A DNA stretch of 64,000 bases from Candidatus Kaiserbacteria bacterium. GTDB lineage: Bacteria > Patescibacteriota > Minisyncoccia > Phycocordibacterales > Phycocordibacteraceae. Numbering within the stretch: the stretch's first letter is position 1; the number at the start of each line of letters is the position of its first letter. Both the position numbers and the translations under genes were made by a program. The stretch spans positions 1,218-65,217 of the forward strand of contig JAPLWI010000013.1 of the NCBI GenBank assembly GCA_026396675.1. Direction: 5' to 3'. This document shows positions 1 to 9,689 of this stretch, piece by piece. The notes under the pieces are model-generated. The model was not told where the DNA came from, made no database searches, and worked only from the letters and a program-made list of their open reading frames with translations.

Positions 1-247
1 TGCAGCAGACCAAGCATTTCCTCTATTGTCTCGGTCTTCGCCCACAACAGAAGCCATTCGTACCAATTTCTAATTGGCCGAATCTCTCTCGTTAACAATG
101 TGTGAATTACTTCTCCTTGGCCATCTTTTTTCAATGTACTTGTACTCATTATCCACTACCTCCTTATTTGGGTTATGCCCTGCGCTGTGGCAGGACTTGT
201 GCTTCTGCGCTGAATCTACTCCTATTATTTAAATTGTCAATATTTTG

Positions 248-319
248 TAGCCCTACGGAGAGTCGGACTCCGATTATCGGCTTGAAAAGCCGGCGTCCTA
301 ACCGTTAGACGATAGGGCC
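248..319 (-). tRNA. tRNA-Glu (anticodon TTC), T-loop non-canonical (TCCGACT)
   Basis: Cloverleaf read by eye on the minus strand. Acceptor GGCCCTA/TAGGGCT, anticodon loop TTTTCAA, T-stem CGGAG/CTCCG. One mismatch in the anticodon stem. Confidence 0.5.
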
Positions 320-368
320 ATGTTAAAACCTTATCATTTTCGCCACGAAATGCTAGGATAGGAGCCAC

Positions 369-458
369 GGAGAGGTGGCAGAGTGGTCGAACGCGCTGGT
401 TTCGAAAACCAGTAAGGGCGAAAGCTCTTCGTGGGTTCAAATCCCACCCTCTCCGCCA
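369..458 (+). tRNA. tRNA-Ser (anticodon CGA), long variable arm, CCA encoded
   Basis: GGAGAGG...CCTCTCC acceptor, anticodon stem CTGGT/ACCAG with loop TTCGAAA, T-loop TTCAAAT, ends CGCCA. Confidence 0.85.
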
Positions 459-461
459 AAC

Positions 462-1184
462 ATGGCGAAACAGAAACCGAAAGTGATCGTGGTGCTGCCG
501 GCGTATAACGCGGCGAAGACGTTGGAGAGAACCGTCACGGACATACCGAAGGAGGTTGTTGATGAGATTATTTTAGTTGATGACTGGAGTAGTGACGAGA
601 CGACTCGTGTGGCGGAATCGCTCGGTCTCACGGTTATCGTGCACGAGAAGAATAAGGGTTATGGTGCAAATCAAAAAACTTGTTATCGCGCGGCGCTTGA
701 GCGCGGTGCTGATATTATCGTGATATTGCATCCTGACTATCAATATGACCCAAAACTCATAAAATATTTTGTTGATTTTATCCAAGAAAATTATTTTGAC
801 ATTATGCTCGGTTCGCGGATTAGGAGCCGAAAAGAAACGCTCGCGGGCGGTATGCCGTTCTACAAATATTATGCGAACCGATTCCTCACCTTGGTAGAAA
901 ATCTCGCAACGGGGCAGAACCTTTCAGAATGGCACACGGGCATGCGCGCATACACGCGAAGTGTTTTAGAGCATATTGATTTCCAAAATAATTCCGATGA
1001 TTTTGTATTTGACACTCAAATATTGTTTCAGGCGATTGAAAAGAAATATCGCATCGGAGAATTACCAGTGCCGGTGCGATATTTCCCCGAGGCGTCGAGC
1101 ATTAATTTTTCTCGCAGTATGAAATACGGTTTACAAACACTCGGTGTCGCTCTACGCTACTGGTTTTCACGGATGTTCATGTAA
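462..1184 (+). CDS. Family 2 glycosyltransferase (polyprenol-phosphate sugar synthase, DPM1/GtrB-like)
   Basis: [18 protein letters not shown]...VDDWSSDET...KNKGYGAN motifs. The ORF's N-terminal extension overlaps tRNA-Ser, so the start is set at ATG 462. Confidence 0.8.
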   Translation: MAKQKPKVIVVLPAYNAAKTLERTVTDIPKEVVDEIILVDDWSSDETTRVAESLGLTVIVHEKNKGYGANQKTCYRAALERGADIIVILHPDYQYDPKLIKYFVDFIQENYFDIMLGSRIRSRKETLAGGMPFYKYYANRFLTLVENLATGQNLSEWHTGMRAYTRSVLEHIDFQNNSDDFVFDTQILFQAIEKKYRIGELPVPVRYFPEASSINFSRSMKYGLQTLGVALRYWFSRMFM

Positions 1185-1195
1185 TATAGACGGCA

Positions 1196-2791
1196 ATGTT
1201 GCATAAATTGACTGATAATGTTTTCCGCGGATATTGGCCCTATGTGATTATTTGCACGGTTGGTGTACTTCTCTACGCAAAATCATTTGCATTCGGATTT
1301 ACTTATCTGGACGACCATGTGCTTATTTTGAATAATGTCGCTACGCTTGAGAATTTTTGGTATATCTTCGGCGCCTTTGTGCATGGCGTGTTCCCAGCGG
1401 CACAAGACACATCGCTCTACTACCGACCGCTTCTCACCATATCATTTATGCCGGAGGCGATGATTGGCGGGACAATACCATCTTTCTATCACTTCATAAA
1501 TGTTGTGTTGCACTTAATCTCGGCGTGCTTGGTTTACCTTTTCTTTATCAAACTAAAATACTCAAAAAGGATTTCACTTCTGGCCGGACTCATCTTTGTA
1601 ACGCATCCGGTTTTTGTGCAGGCGGTTGCGTGGATTCCTGGAAGAAATGATCCTCTTCTAGCCATTTTTGTGCTTCTATCTTTCATTTATTTTCTCGACT
1701 TTATCGAGGAAGAAAAACGAAAATCGGTAGTGTATTCAGTATTCTTTTTCGCTTTCGCGCTCTTTACTAAAGAGACATCTGTCGTCTTGCCAGCATTATG
1801 TCTCTTGTATCTTTGGGCGCGCAAAGCACTTAAAAAATCAACGCTTCTGCAATTTTCCGTCGGATGGTTGTCCGCTATTGTTGTGTGGTTTCCAATCCGT
1901 TCTTTCGTTATGAGCGACCAAACGCAGACACCATTCCTCGGTATGATTTCCTCCTTTGTGACGAATGTTCCAGGTACGGTACAAATGGTGGGAAAAATAT
2001 TTTTTCCTTTGAATCTTTCAGTTCTTCCGGTTCTACGGGACACAACCTATCTATGGGGGTATATCGCCATCGCAATCATTGTTGGTTTAGTCGTGTGGCA
2101 ACTGAAGGACAAAAAAGCGTTCATACACAGTTATCGTATGATGCTTTTTGGCGCTGGGTGGTTTCTGTTATTCCTCTGGCCATCATTCATCATTTCCGAT
2201 CCGTCCGGCTCGACCTATTTTCTCGAGCATCGGCTCTATGTGCCGCTCATCGGATTGTTCATCCTCGTTGCCGAGAGTAGTGCGGGCCGCTCTCTAAATG
2301 TAATGTCTCGGAAGCTATTTGTATCTCTGTCGCTTCTCGTTTTGATCCTATTTTCTTGCATTACCTTTGTACACGAAGATGTCTTTTCAAATCGATTAAT
2401 GTTTTGGCAAAGTGCGGCAGTTCATTCTCCTCATTCGTCGTTGGCGAATAAAAATCTCGGTGCGATGTATTATCTCGATCAGAATTATCCGTTGGCTGAA
2501 ATCTATACGCAAAAAGCGCTCGCACTTAATCCGGAAGAACCGATGGCACATAATAATCTCGGTCTTATCGACGCAGCGCGCGGCAAGTTCGATGATGCGA
2601 AAAAAGAATATTTTAAAGAACTCTCCATTAATCTTTTTTATGATAGTGCGCATTACAATCTAGGCCTGCTGTATTACCAGATGGGCGATTTCAGAAATGC
2701 ACGGAAACAGTGGGAACAAACATTGATGATCAATCCGAACTACGACGGCGCACCGCAGGCACTGCAGGAATTAAATCGGGAAGGGAAGTGA
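1196..2791 (+). CDS. Polytopic membrane protein with C-terminal TPR repeats (PMT/ArnT-like GT-C glycosyltransferase candidate)
   Basis: Multi-TM N-terminal domain, then TPR-like repeats (AMYYLDQNYPLAEIYTQKALALNPEE..., NLGLLYYQMGDFRNARKQWEQTL). It sits next to a GT2 polyprenol-P sugar synthase. Confidence 0.55.
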   Translation: MLHKLTDNVFRGYWPYVIICTVGVLLYAKSFAFGFTYLDDHVLILNNVATLENFWYIFGAFVHGVFPAAQDTSLYYRPLLTISFMPEAMIGGTIPSFYHFINVVLHLISACLVYLFFIKLKYSKRISLLAGLIFVTHPVFVQAVAWIPGRNDPLLAIFVLLSFIYFLDFIEEEKRKSVVYSVFFFAFALFTKETSVVLPALCLLYLWARKALKKSTLLQFSVGWLSAIVVWFPIRSFVMSDQTQTPFLGMISSFVTNVPGTVQMVGKIFFPLNLSVLPVLRDTTYLWGYIAIAIIVGLVVWQLKDKKAFIHSYRMMLFGAGWFLLFLWPSFIISDPSGSTYFLEHRLYVPLIGLFILVAESSAGRSLNVMSRKLFVSLSLLVLILFSCITFVHEDVFSNRLMFWQSAAVHSPHSSLANKNLGAMYYLDQNYPLAEIYTQKALALNPEEPMAHNNLGLIDAARGKFDDAKKEYFKELSINLFYDSAHYNLGLLYYQMGDFRNARKQWEQTLMINPNYDGAPQALQELNREGK

Positions 2792-3514
2792 TTACCGAAT
2801 CGGCGTCCAATCGTCCGCAATTGCTTTATTAAAAAGTGTGACACTGACAGTATTGCTAATCCATATCCACCAAAGGCGCGCCCAGCCGACAGCATGTGGG
2901 CGCCGTGCACCGTGATAAATCAGTAGGGAAGAATCATAAACTGTGCGGCCAACTCTGGAAAGACGGCAGAAAAAGTCGCCATCTTCGCGAGTGACGAGAT
3001 CCTCACGGAATCCACCAATTTTTTTAAACGCATCATGCCGCACCAGCATAAATTTTCCCGATGCTTCTCCACGATGCAATACATTGTTTTGGAAACGAAG
3101 CATGATGTTGAGAAAACCATATGAGAGTCGATCTGCCACCGTTTCTAATCCTGGAGTGGCGCGTTGCGGACCGGTGACACCTACCACGTCCGGATTATTT
3201 CTAAAATGGGCAAGTGCGCGTTCAAAAAATTCATGCGGATTAGGAATTTCAACGCCAGCGTCAACGAATGCGAGATAGTCGCCAGTGGCGGCCTTCGCGC
3301 CGTCATTACGTCCAATACCGGCCGTGTGTTTCGTGCCATCAAAAACGACAGTGATATGAGCAAACTGTCGCGCAATCTCAACCGTACGATCTTTGCTTCG
3401 TGCATCCGAGACAATTGTCTCGTGCGGAATTCTGAGATTGTCGCGAAATTGCATAATCGTTTGCCCAATCGTTCTTTCTTCTTCGCGCGCCGGAATAATA
3501 ATAGAGAGCAACAT
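2792..3514 (-). CDS. Family 2 glycosyltransferase
   Basis: LSIIIPAREEERTIGQTI...VSDARSKDRT...FVDAG GT-A motifs. Confidence 0.7.
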   Translation of the reverse strand: MLLSIIIPAREEERTIGQTIMQFRDNLRIPHETIVSDARSKDRTVEIARQFAHITVVFDGTKHTAGIGRNDGAKAATGDYLAFVDAGVEIPNPHEFFERALAHFRNNPDVVGVTGPQRATPGLETVADRLSYGFLNIMLRFQNNVLHRGEASGKFMLVRHDAFKKIGGFREDLVTREDGDFFCRLSRVGRTVYDSSLLIYHGARRPHAVGWARLWWIWISNTVSVTLFNKAIADDWTPIR

Positions 3515-3515
3515 A

Positions 3516-4139
3516 TTACCAATCTATCGTCGCTAATTTTCGACTCACTGTACGAATTCCGAAGAAGAATAGAACCGGTATCATAAGTGCGAGCGCGATC
3601 TGGAAATTTCCTGGGATGTACTGCAATATATTGCCAAAATAGTAGCCGACACACATTAAGAGAGATATCCACACAACGCCGCCAAGCACATTGATGGTGA
3701 CGTAGCGCAAAAATGGTACTCGCAACATACCAGCAACGATTAAAATAGGCACAGCAAATCCGAACCCCATCGTGAGTTTTGATACAACAAGAATCTTGGC
3801 GTGATAGCGATTGAATCGCTTTTCCACCTTCTCAATAATCTGCGGAGTTACTCGCATAAAATGGCCCCAGCGCATAAAGAACGACCGTGCGGCGCAACGA
3901 CCGATGAGATACCACATAATATCGGAGCAAAAATCGGCGGCTAAGAGAGTGCCGAATGCAGGCCAAAAAGAAACAACACCAAGGTGCCATAGAAAACCTG
4001 TCGTCATCATCGCCGCTGATCCTTCGAAATAACAGCCAATGAAAACGAGAACGTATTTTGATTGCTCTAAAAATGCGAGCAGGGCGGGTAAAAATCCCAA
4101 CATTACTTCCAGTGAATCACGAATTGAGCTACTTGACAA
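3516..4139 (-). CDS. DedA/SNARE-associated family membrane protein
   Basis: Size and TM pattern, plus a ...KYVLVFIGCYFEGSAAMMTTGFL... region typical of DedA. Confidence 0.65.
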   Translation of the reverse strand: MSSSSIRDSLEVMLGFLPALLAFLEQSKYVLVFIGCYFEGSAAMMTTGFLWHLGVVSFWPAFGTLLAADFCSDIMWYLIGRCAARSFFMRWGHFMRVTPQIIEKVEKRFNRYHAKILVVSKLTMGFGFAVPILIVAGMLRVPFLRYVTINVLGGVVWISLLMCVGYYFGNILQYIPGNFQIALALMIPVLFFFGIRTVSRKLATIDW

Positions 4140-4196
4140 GTGTAAACAGAGGTGTATATTGTCTGCAGATAAAAATAAACCTTATGGAGGTGTTTT

Positions 4197-4784
4197 ATGT
4201 TCTTTGGATGGTTAATTGCTCTAGAAACAGAAGTGGCGTTAATGGGATTGTTTGCGTGGAGTGGTAATCTCTTCACTGAAAAACAGATGTTGAAACACCA
4301 CGGACCACAAGGGCTTGTATTCATTTACCACGGTGGGATATGGGGAGACGTCATCATCATTTCGCCGCTCGTTGCTGCTATCGTAGAGTGTTGCGGATCA
4401 GAATGGTTGTTGCGACAAAAGATCACAGCTCTTATTGTAGGGTTCGTAGCAAGTGTAGCGATGCACCAAATGTATACGAAAATTCCATGGCCCGACGCTC
4501 TCATGAATACCAAAGCGTGGATAATACACATGCTATACACGGCTCTCGCAATCGCAGCATTCTTTCTTTATTTTATTTGGGCACCCTTCACACCGTGGAT
4601 GTGGTTAGTGTCTGGTTTCATCGTCATACACGTTGCCGTTGGGAATCATGCAGTACTTGGCCTTCTACACATATCGCGTTATCCGGGGAAGCCATTCACA
4701 GATTCGTTCTTCTGGATCCAGATATCTGGTGTCGCGGTACTTACCTTTGGAGTTACTACTTGCCGGGCGTTGAAATTCTGGTAG
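4197..4784 (+). CDS. Hypothetical polytopic membrane protein
   Basis: Long ORF with 5-6 hydrophobic segments. No recognisable motif. Confidence 0.45.
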   Translation: MFFGWLIALETEVALMGLFAWSGNLFTEKQMLKHHGPQGLVFIYHGGIWGDVIIISPLVAAIVECCGSEWLLRQKITALIVGFVASVAMHQMYTKIPWPDALMNTKAWIIHMLYTALAIAAFFLYFIWAPFTPWMWLVSGFIVIHVAVGNHAVLGLLHISRYPGKPFTDSFFWIQISGVAVLTFGVTTCRALKFW

Positions 4785-4859
4785 CCAACAGGAACCGTAC
4801 AGGCGTTATACGCTTGCACGGTTCTTTCATTTTATATATCGGCGTGTCATTATTAGCAT

Positions 4860-5609
4860 ATGCGAATCAGTTTTGTAATTCCCGCTTACAATGAGGAACA
4901 GCGCCTGCCGAGTTGCTTGTCTTCAGTTGAACGCGAACTCGCACGCACTTCATGTGATGCGGAAGTCATTGTGGTAAATAATGCGAGCACTGATTGTACT
5001 GGCGAAGTCGCAAGATCATTTAATTGGGTAAAGGTCGTTAACGAACCAAACAAAGGGCTCGTACGCGCGCGCCACGCCGGATTTACCGTATCAACAGGAG
5101 ACATCATCGCGAACATTGATTCCGATACGATAATGCCGGAAGGATGGCTTGAAACCGTGATAAATGAGTTTAAACACGACGAGCATCTCGCGGCGCTTAG
5201 CGGACCATACATTTATTACGACCTTTCAATATTGCATCGTTTTTTAACAAAGTTTTTTTATTTTTTAGGGTATATATCTCATTTGATAAATCACCACATT
5301 CTGCATTCAGGCGCGATGCTTCAGGGAGGAAATTTTATCGTGCGTCGTTCACATCTTGAACAGATTGGCGGATTTGATACCTCTATTGAATTTTATGGTG
5401 AAGATACCGATATTGCACGACGCATCAGTAAAGTTGGGAGGGTGAAGTGGACATTCAAATTACCTATGTACACATCTGGTAGACGGCTCGCGAAAGAGGG
5501 AACTATGAGAATGGGACTGCGCTATGCGGCAAATTATTTCCACACGCTAATCCTCGGCAAGCCACTTACGGTTGAATACACAGACATACGCGACACCGCC
5601 AAGTATTGA
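4860..5609 (+). CDS. Family 2 glycosyltransferase
   Basis: ISFVIPAYNEEQRLPSCL...VVNNASTDCT...IDSDT motifs. Confidence 0.75.
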   Translation: MRISFVIPAYNEEQRLPSCLSSVERELARTSCDAEVIVVNNASTDCTGEVARSFNWVKVVNEPNKGLVRARHAGFTVSTGDIIANIDSDTIMPEGWLETVINEFKHDEHLAALSGPYIYYDLSILHRFLTKFFYFLGYISHLINHHILHSGAMLQGGNFIVRRSHLEQIGGFDTSIEFYGEDTDIARRISKVGRVKWTFKLPMYTSGRRLAKEGTMRMGLRYAANYFHTLILGKPLTVEYTDIRDTAKY

Positions 5610-5613
5610 TGTT

Positions 5614-6552
5614 TTATTGTTTCTTAATCCACAAATAAATATCTTCAAGCGCCTTAACACCGTCGCCGGCAGCGATATTATTCTGATGATAGAGCTCGTC
5701 TGTGCAGTCGCCGGCGGCCCAAATTCCTTCAATGCTCGTGCGTTGATTGTGTGCGTCCGTTTTTATACGCTTTAAATCGTCAACAGCAACAAGTCCTTCA
5801 GCGAATCCTGTATTCGGAACTACACCAATTTCTACAAAAATACCGGACACGTTACATTCTTTTATTTCCTCTGAATCATTATCTTTATATTTAAAACCAG
5901 TAACGAATCCGCCAGCTGGCGGATCGCCCAGAATCTCAGTCGGTTCGGCATTCGAAATCACGTGCATATTCGGATGTGCGCAGGCCTTAGCAACAGTTAT
6001 CGGATCCGCCTTGAACTCTTTGTTTTTATGGACGAGCGTGACTGACTTCGCGTATGCAAGAAGTTGAAGCGCTGTCTCAAAACCAGCATTGCCGCCACCG
6101 ATGACCGCAACGTCTTGGCCTGAAAACATGGGGCCGTCGCATGAAGCGCAGTAAGTAACACCTTTATTCTCAAATTTCTCCGCGCCGGGGATATCAAGTT
6201 TTCTGCGGCTTGCTCCCGAAGCTACTAAAATTGCTTTCGCAGAAAATTCTTTTCCAGTTTTTGTTTTTGAAATGAATCCAACGTTAATTTTTTCAAGTGA
6301 TTCAACACGTTCGCCTAGTTCAAGCGTTACAAAATCATTTTTTACGGCATCAAGATGCGCACCGAGCGACTTAGCCAAGTCAGCTCCGCTTATCTTCGGT
6401 GTGCCGACCCAATTTTCAATGCCATCTGAAACAACTGATTGCCCACCGATTTCTTCAGCGATGAGAATTGTTTTTAAATGTTTGCGCGCCGCATAAATAC
6501 CCGCGGCAGCGCCTGCCGGCCCCCCGCCGATAATTATTAAGTCATTCATCAC
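5614..6552 (-). CDS. trxB: Thioredoxin-disulfide reductase
   Basis: IIIGGGPAGAAAGIYAAR FAD motif, CASCD redox-active CxxC, GGGNAG NADPH motif, AAGDC. Confidence 0.9.
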   Translation of the reverse strand: MMNDLIIIGGGPAGAAAGIYAARKHLKTILIAEEIGGQSVVSDGIENWVGTPKISGADLAKSLGAHLDAVKNDFVTLELGERVESLEKINVGFISKTKTGKEFSAKAILVASGASRRKLDIPGAEKFENKGVTYCASCDGPMFSGQDVAVIGGGNAGFETALQLLAYAKSVTLVHKNKEFKADPITVAKACAHPNMHVISNAEPTEILGDPPAGGFVTGFKYKDNDSEEIKECNVSGIFVEIGVVPNTGFAEGLVAVDDLKRIKTDAHNQRTSIEGIWAAGDCTDELYHQNNIAAGDGVKALEDIYLWIKKQ

Positions 6553-6709
6553 ACTATCTTACCTCAAATTATTTTTTGTGTATTTATAAAGATGACCTTT
6601 GACACCTTTAATAGATATTGTTACATTCTAGGCAGAAATAGTTCTGGGTAGCGGCAAAGAGCCGTTCTCCTATTGAAAATCAACAAATAAAAATGAAAGG
6701 AGTTGGAAA

Positions 6710-7444
6710 ATGAAGAAATTAAATGTTAAAGATCTTCCAGTCGCAGGGAATGTCTGCGCACAGGTGTTACGCGAGGTAGAAAGATGGTCCACATGGTCAA
6801 TGGCTCACGTAATAATGAACCCGATGGCAGAATCTCTTCCTCACAACCATCAACAGATGGTCGAGATTTATGTCATAACGAAAGGGTACGGTGAATTGGT
6901 AATGGATGTTGGACCAACCACAGCATATTGCAAAGTGACCGGAGGGAATGCATATGGAATTCCGATGGGTCTTACACATATGCTTCGCAACAGAAGTAGT
7001 GGGCACTTGGAACATCTTGTGTTCGCCTTACCTCCATTTGATCCTTCCGATATTCTTCTGGTAAAGAAGGAAGATTTTGCCCAGAGAATATTCAACCTCG
7101 ATATATTCTTGCCTGAAGTGCAAGAATGTTTTGATGGGGCGAAAATACTCCCGTATAGTTTTCCTGCACTCGACCTAAGCATCACCTTCGGTTGGGTTAT
7201 CAACAATCCTGCCAGGCACAAGCAACCTCACTATCACAAAGAAATAACCGAATTTATCTATGTGGTAGAGGGTGAAGGATTCATTGAGATGGACTTTGTT
7301 CGTCGATCAATACAACCAGGCGATTGGATTCGCATCGATCCAGAGATAGAACACGCTCTACGCAACGAATCGCCTGAAGATATGGTTGTCGTATGCGTAT
7401 GTTCACCGGCATTTAAAATGGACGATGTTCATTACCATGTCTGA
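6710..7444 (+). CDS. Bicupin-domain protein
   Basis: Two cupin-like modules (HNHQQMVEIYVITKGYGEL ... HYHKEITEFIYVVEGEGFIE). Confidence 0.55.
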   Translation: MKKLNVKDLPVAGNVCAQVLREVERWSTWSMAHVIMNPMAESLPHNHQQMVEIYVITKGYGELVMDVGPTTAYCKVTGGNAYGIPMGLTHMLRNRSSGHLEHLVFALPPFDPSDILLVKKEDFAQRIFNLDIFLPEVQECFDGAKILPYSFPALDLSITFGWVINNPARHKQPHYHKEITEFIYVVEGEGFIEMDFVRRSIQPGDWIRIDPEIEHALRNESPEDMVVVCVCSPAFKMDDVHYHV

Positions 7445-7453
7445 TGAGAATTA

Positions 7454-7497
7454 AAAGAGCCCTGCGAATTCGTGCCAGGGCTCTTTATTGTTTTTTT
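7454..7497. terminator. Bidirectional rho-independent terminator between the bicupin gene and ftsZ
   Basis: AAAGAGCCCTG-loop-CAGGGCTCTTT 10-11 bp stem followed by TTATTGTTTTTTT. Confidence 0.6.
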
Positions 7498-7505
7498 ATC
7501 CGAGT

Positions 7506-8762
7506 TTATTTTTTGTGTCTGCGTAGGAATGCCGGAATTGCACCCCATGCTTCATCATCTTCTGGAACCACTGGCGCCTCTTCGCGTTTATGCGGCAATG
7601 CAGTTACGATTGGTTCGTCTTTTTGACTCATAACGGTACCTTCCGGATTTAGTTCCTGATTTTTTACCTTTGCCGATTTTTCGGGTTCGGATTTTTCATC
7701 GCGTTTTAGAATCTCATGATAAATACGTCCTCTTTCCTCCTCGTGCTTTTCAGCAGGTAGTGAGAAGAGAGATCGTTCAAGGATAGTGTGCGAAGCAGTT
7801 ACTGCATCTGGGAATCCAGTTGCGATAACGATAATACGGATCTGTCCTTTTTTAAGTTTCTCGTCACGCATAATTCCGAAAATAACCTTCGCACTCTTAT
7901 CAATGGACTCACTGATAACCTTCGCCGCCTCCTGTACTTCCATGATCCCGAGATCATCAGAGCCGGCGACGACAAAGAGAATGCCGCGCGCACCACTGAT
8001 GGAAACATCGAGAAGTGGAGAATTGACTGCCTGGCGAGCAGCTTCTCTAGCACGCTCATCGCCTTCGGCGATGCCGATGCCCATAAGCGCCGGTCCAGCG
8101 CCTTCCATAATCGCCTTAATGTCATTAAAGTCAGTGTTGATGTCTCCTGGAGTCGTGATGATGTCTGAAACACCCTCAACCGCCTGACGCAAGATTTCAT
8201 CGCACATCGCAAAGGCATTTTTCGCCGAAGTGTTGGTGTCAACAATAGAAAGCAACTTATCGTTTGGAATAACGATGAATGCGTCAACTTCTTTTTTTAA
8301 TTCAGTTAATCCTCTCTCAGCAATATCGCGTCGCTGAGCTCCTTCAAAAGAAAATGGCTTTGTCACAACAGCGATAACCAGCGCGCCAACTTCTTTCGCT
8401 ATTTTTGCAATGATAGCGGAGGCGCCCGTTCCAGTTCCGCCACCCATTCCGCAGGTGATGAACACCATATCGCTTCCTGAGAGCGCTTCTTGAATTTCTT
8501 GTCGCGTCTCCTCGGCAGCACGCTTGCCGAGTTCGGGATTCATACCGGTGCCGAGGCCTCGCGTGAGATTCTTCCCGATGTGAATTTTGCGTTTAGAAAG
8601 CGAACGATGAAGATCCTGCGCATCAGAGTTAACGGCAATAAATTCAACGCCGCGAACCTTCGATTCAATCATGTGATTTATCGCGTTCTTACCTGAACCG
8701 CCTACTCCAACTACACGAATCCGTGCGAATGTCTCAATCTCTGGTTCAATGCGTTTTGACAT
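7506..8762 (-). CDS. ftsZ: Cell division GTPase FtsZ
   Basis: VVGVGGSGKNAINHM, GGGTGTGAS tubulin signature, C-terminal disordered tail. Confidence 0.95.
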   Translation of the reverse strand: MSKRIEPEIETFARIRVVGVGGSGKNAINHMIESKVRGVEFIAVNSDAQDLHRSLSKRKIHIGKNLTRGLGTGMNPELGKRAAEETRQEIQEALSGSDMVFITCGMGGGTGTGASAIIAKIAKEVGALVIAVVTKPFSFEGAQRRDIAERGLTELKKEVDAFIVIPNDKLLSIVDTNTSAKNAFAMCDEILRQAVEGVSDIITTPGDINTDFNDIKAIMEGAGPALMGIGIAEGDERAREAARQAVNSPLLDVSISGARGILFVVAGSDDLGIMEVQEAAKVISESIDKSAKVIFGIMRDEKLKKGQIRIIVIATGFPDAVTASHTILERSLFSLPAEKHEEERGRIYHEILKRDEKSEPEKSAKVKNQELNPEGTVMSQKDEPIVTALPHKREEAPVVPEDDEAWGAIPAFLRRHKK

Positions 8763-8839
8763 AAGAATATAAATAATGTGTTTCCGCTATGATAGCAGAA
8801 CCACGCCATATGCAAATATTGACAATGTAGGGATATAAG

Positions 8840-9340
8840 ATGTTAAAATTAACTAGAATGGAACAAAAGATTGATATAGAAAGAGCTATACGCGACCATC
8901 ACAAACTTATAGAAATTTCGCGGAAGTTATACGATGCAACCCCAGAAATTCTTTGTCCTTATTTCAAATCAAATGTCTCGCTTACTTCTGACGGTTTCAA
9001 TCACCTATTACATAAACCGAATAGACAGCCGAGAAATATCCAAGAGCAGAAACTGAAACTCAGATTGTTAAAGCACGGCCTCGCTATCATTAGTAACACA
9101 GGTACGCTTCAGGAATATAGAACCACTCTTGAGAAATATGGAACACCAGGAAGAGATGGATTCAGTAAAACGAAACAAGTTGAATATTGGGGTTTCCATA
9201 ACATTGTTGGTAAAGAACCGATGATTCTAATTCGCATAATTATAAGAAGAATCGGCGATGGGAAATTACATTTTTGGAGTGTGATGCCAATTGGGAAAAT
9301 AGGAAAGCAAAAACTGTATAGAAATGATGTGGAAGAATAG
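8840..9340 (+). CDS. Uncharacterised ~160-aa protein, copy A of a duplicated module (paralog at 62317-62796)
   Basis: Clear paralogy to the minus-strand ORF at 62317-62850 (GFNH, V.YWG, IGDG.LHFWS..P, K.Y blocks). The conserved start is probably ATG 8858 (MEQK...). Confidence 0.7.
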   Translation: MLKLTRMEQKIDIERAIRDHHKLIEISRKLYDATPEILCPYFKSNVSLTSDGFNHLLHKPNRQPRNIQEQKLKLRLLKHGLAIISNTGTLQEYRTTLEKYGTPGRDGFSKTKQVEYWGFHNIVGKEPMILIRIIIRRIGDGKLHFWSVMPIGKIGKQKLYRNDVEE

Positions 9341-9377
9341 TAAACAGAAAAGCCGCCCAACGGGCGGCTGCTCTGTC

Positions 9378-9443
9378 GTGCCTGCCTTCAGCTTAGGTAA
9401 TCCTTAGCCGATAAGGGGCTTACGCCCACAGGCACGGACTCAT
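9378..9443 (+). ncRNA. Conserved structured element (predicted three-way junction), copy A; preceded by hairpin 9352-9368
   Basis: Outer stem GTGCCTG...CAGGCAC encloses two hairpins (GCTTAGG/CCTTAGC and GGGC-TTAC-GCCC). About 85% identical to the reverse complement of 62221-62283. Confidence 0.5.
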
Positions 9444-9486
9444 TATACACTATGACCACAGCTCGGCAACATTTTCCACAAGCTCC

Positions 9487-9684
9487 TCATTTTGCAAGGT
9501 CCATGGAAATTTTGTAGCCCAGATACAAAACACAAAGAAAAGATGTGACTATATATCCATTCATAAAACCGAATCGCCCATCATTTTCTGGGGCGTAGCC
9601 AAGAAGAAAAGTTGCGGCTGCAAAAATCAAAACGAAATAAAGAAAGTTCTTCCAGAAAATTTTATCTTGCAAAGGAAGTTTCAT
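9487..9684 (-). CDS. Small 2-TM membrane protein, translationally coupled to ftsA (start 5 nt after the ftsA stop)
   Basis: Internal Met of ORF 9487-9801. TGAGTAAAATG coupling arrangement, two hydrophobic helices. Confidence 0.4.
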   Translation of the reverse strand: MKLPLQDKIFWKNFLYFVLIFAAATFLLGYAPENDGRFGFMNGYIVTSFLCVLYLGYKISMDLAK

Positions 9685-9689
9685 TTTAC

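Noticed and set aside
375-461. N-terminal extension of the GT2 ORF ([16 protein letters not shown]...)
   Set aside because: It is the translation of tRNA-Ser (369-458). The real start is ATG 462.
7786-8287. Three 126-162-aa ORFs inside ftsZ on both strands
   Set aside because: They lie wholly inside the highly conserved ftsZ reading frame and are low-complexity shadow ORFs.
8840-9340. Duplicated 160-aa protein as IS200 TnpA (HuH), HEPN or PD-(D/E)xK nuclease
   Set aside because: The candidate His pairs (HLLH) and Rx4-6H spacing are not conserved between the two copies. No D...(D/E)xK pattern is present either, so the family is left unassigned.
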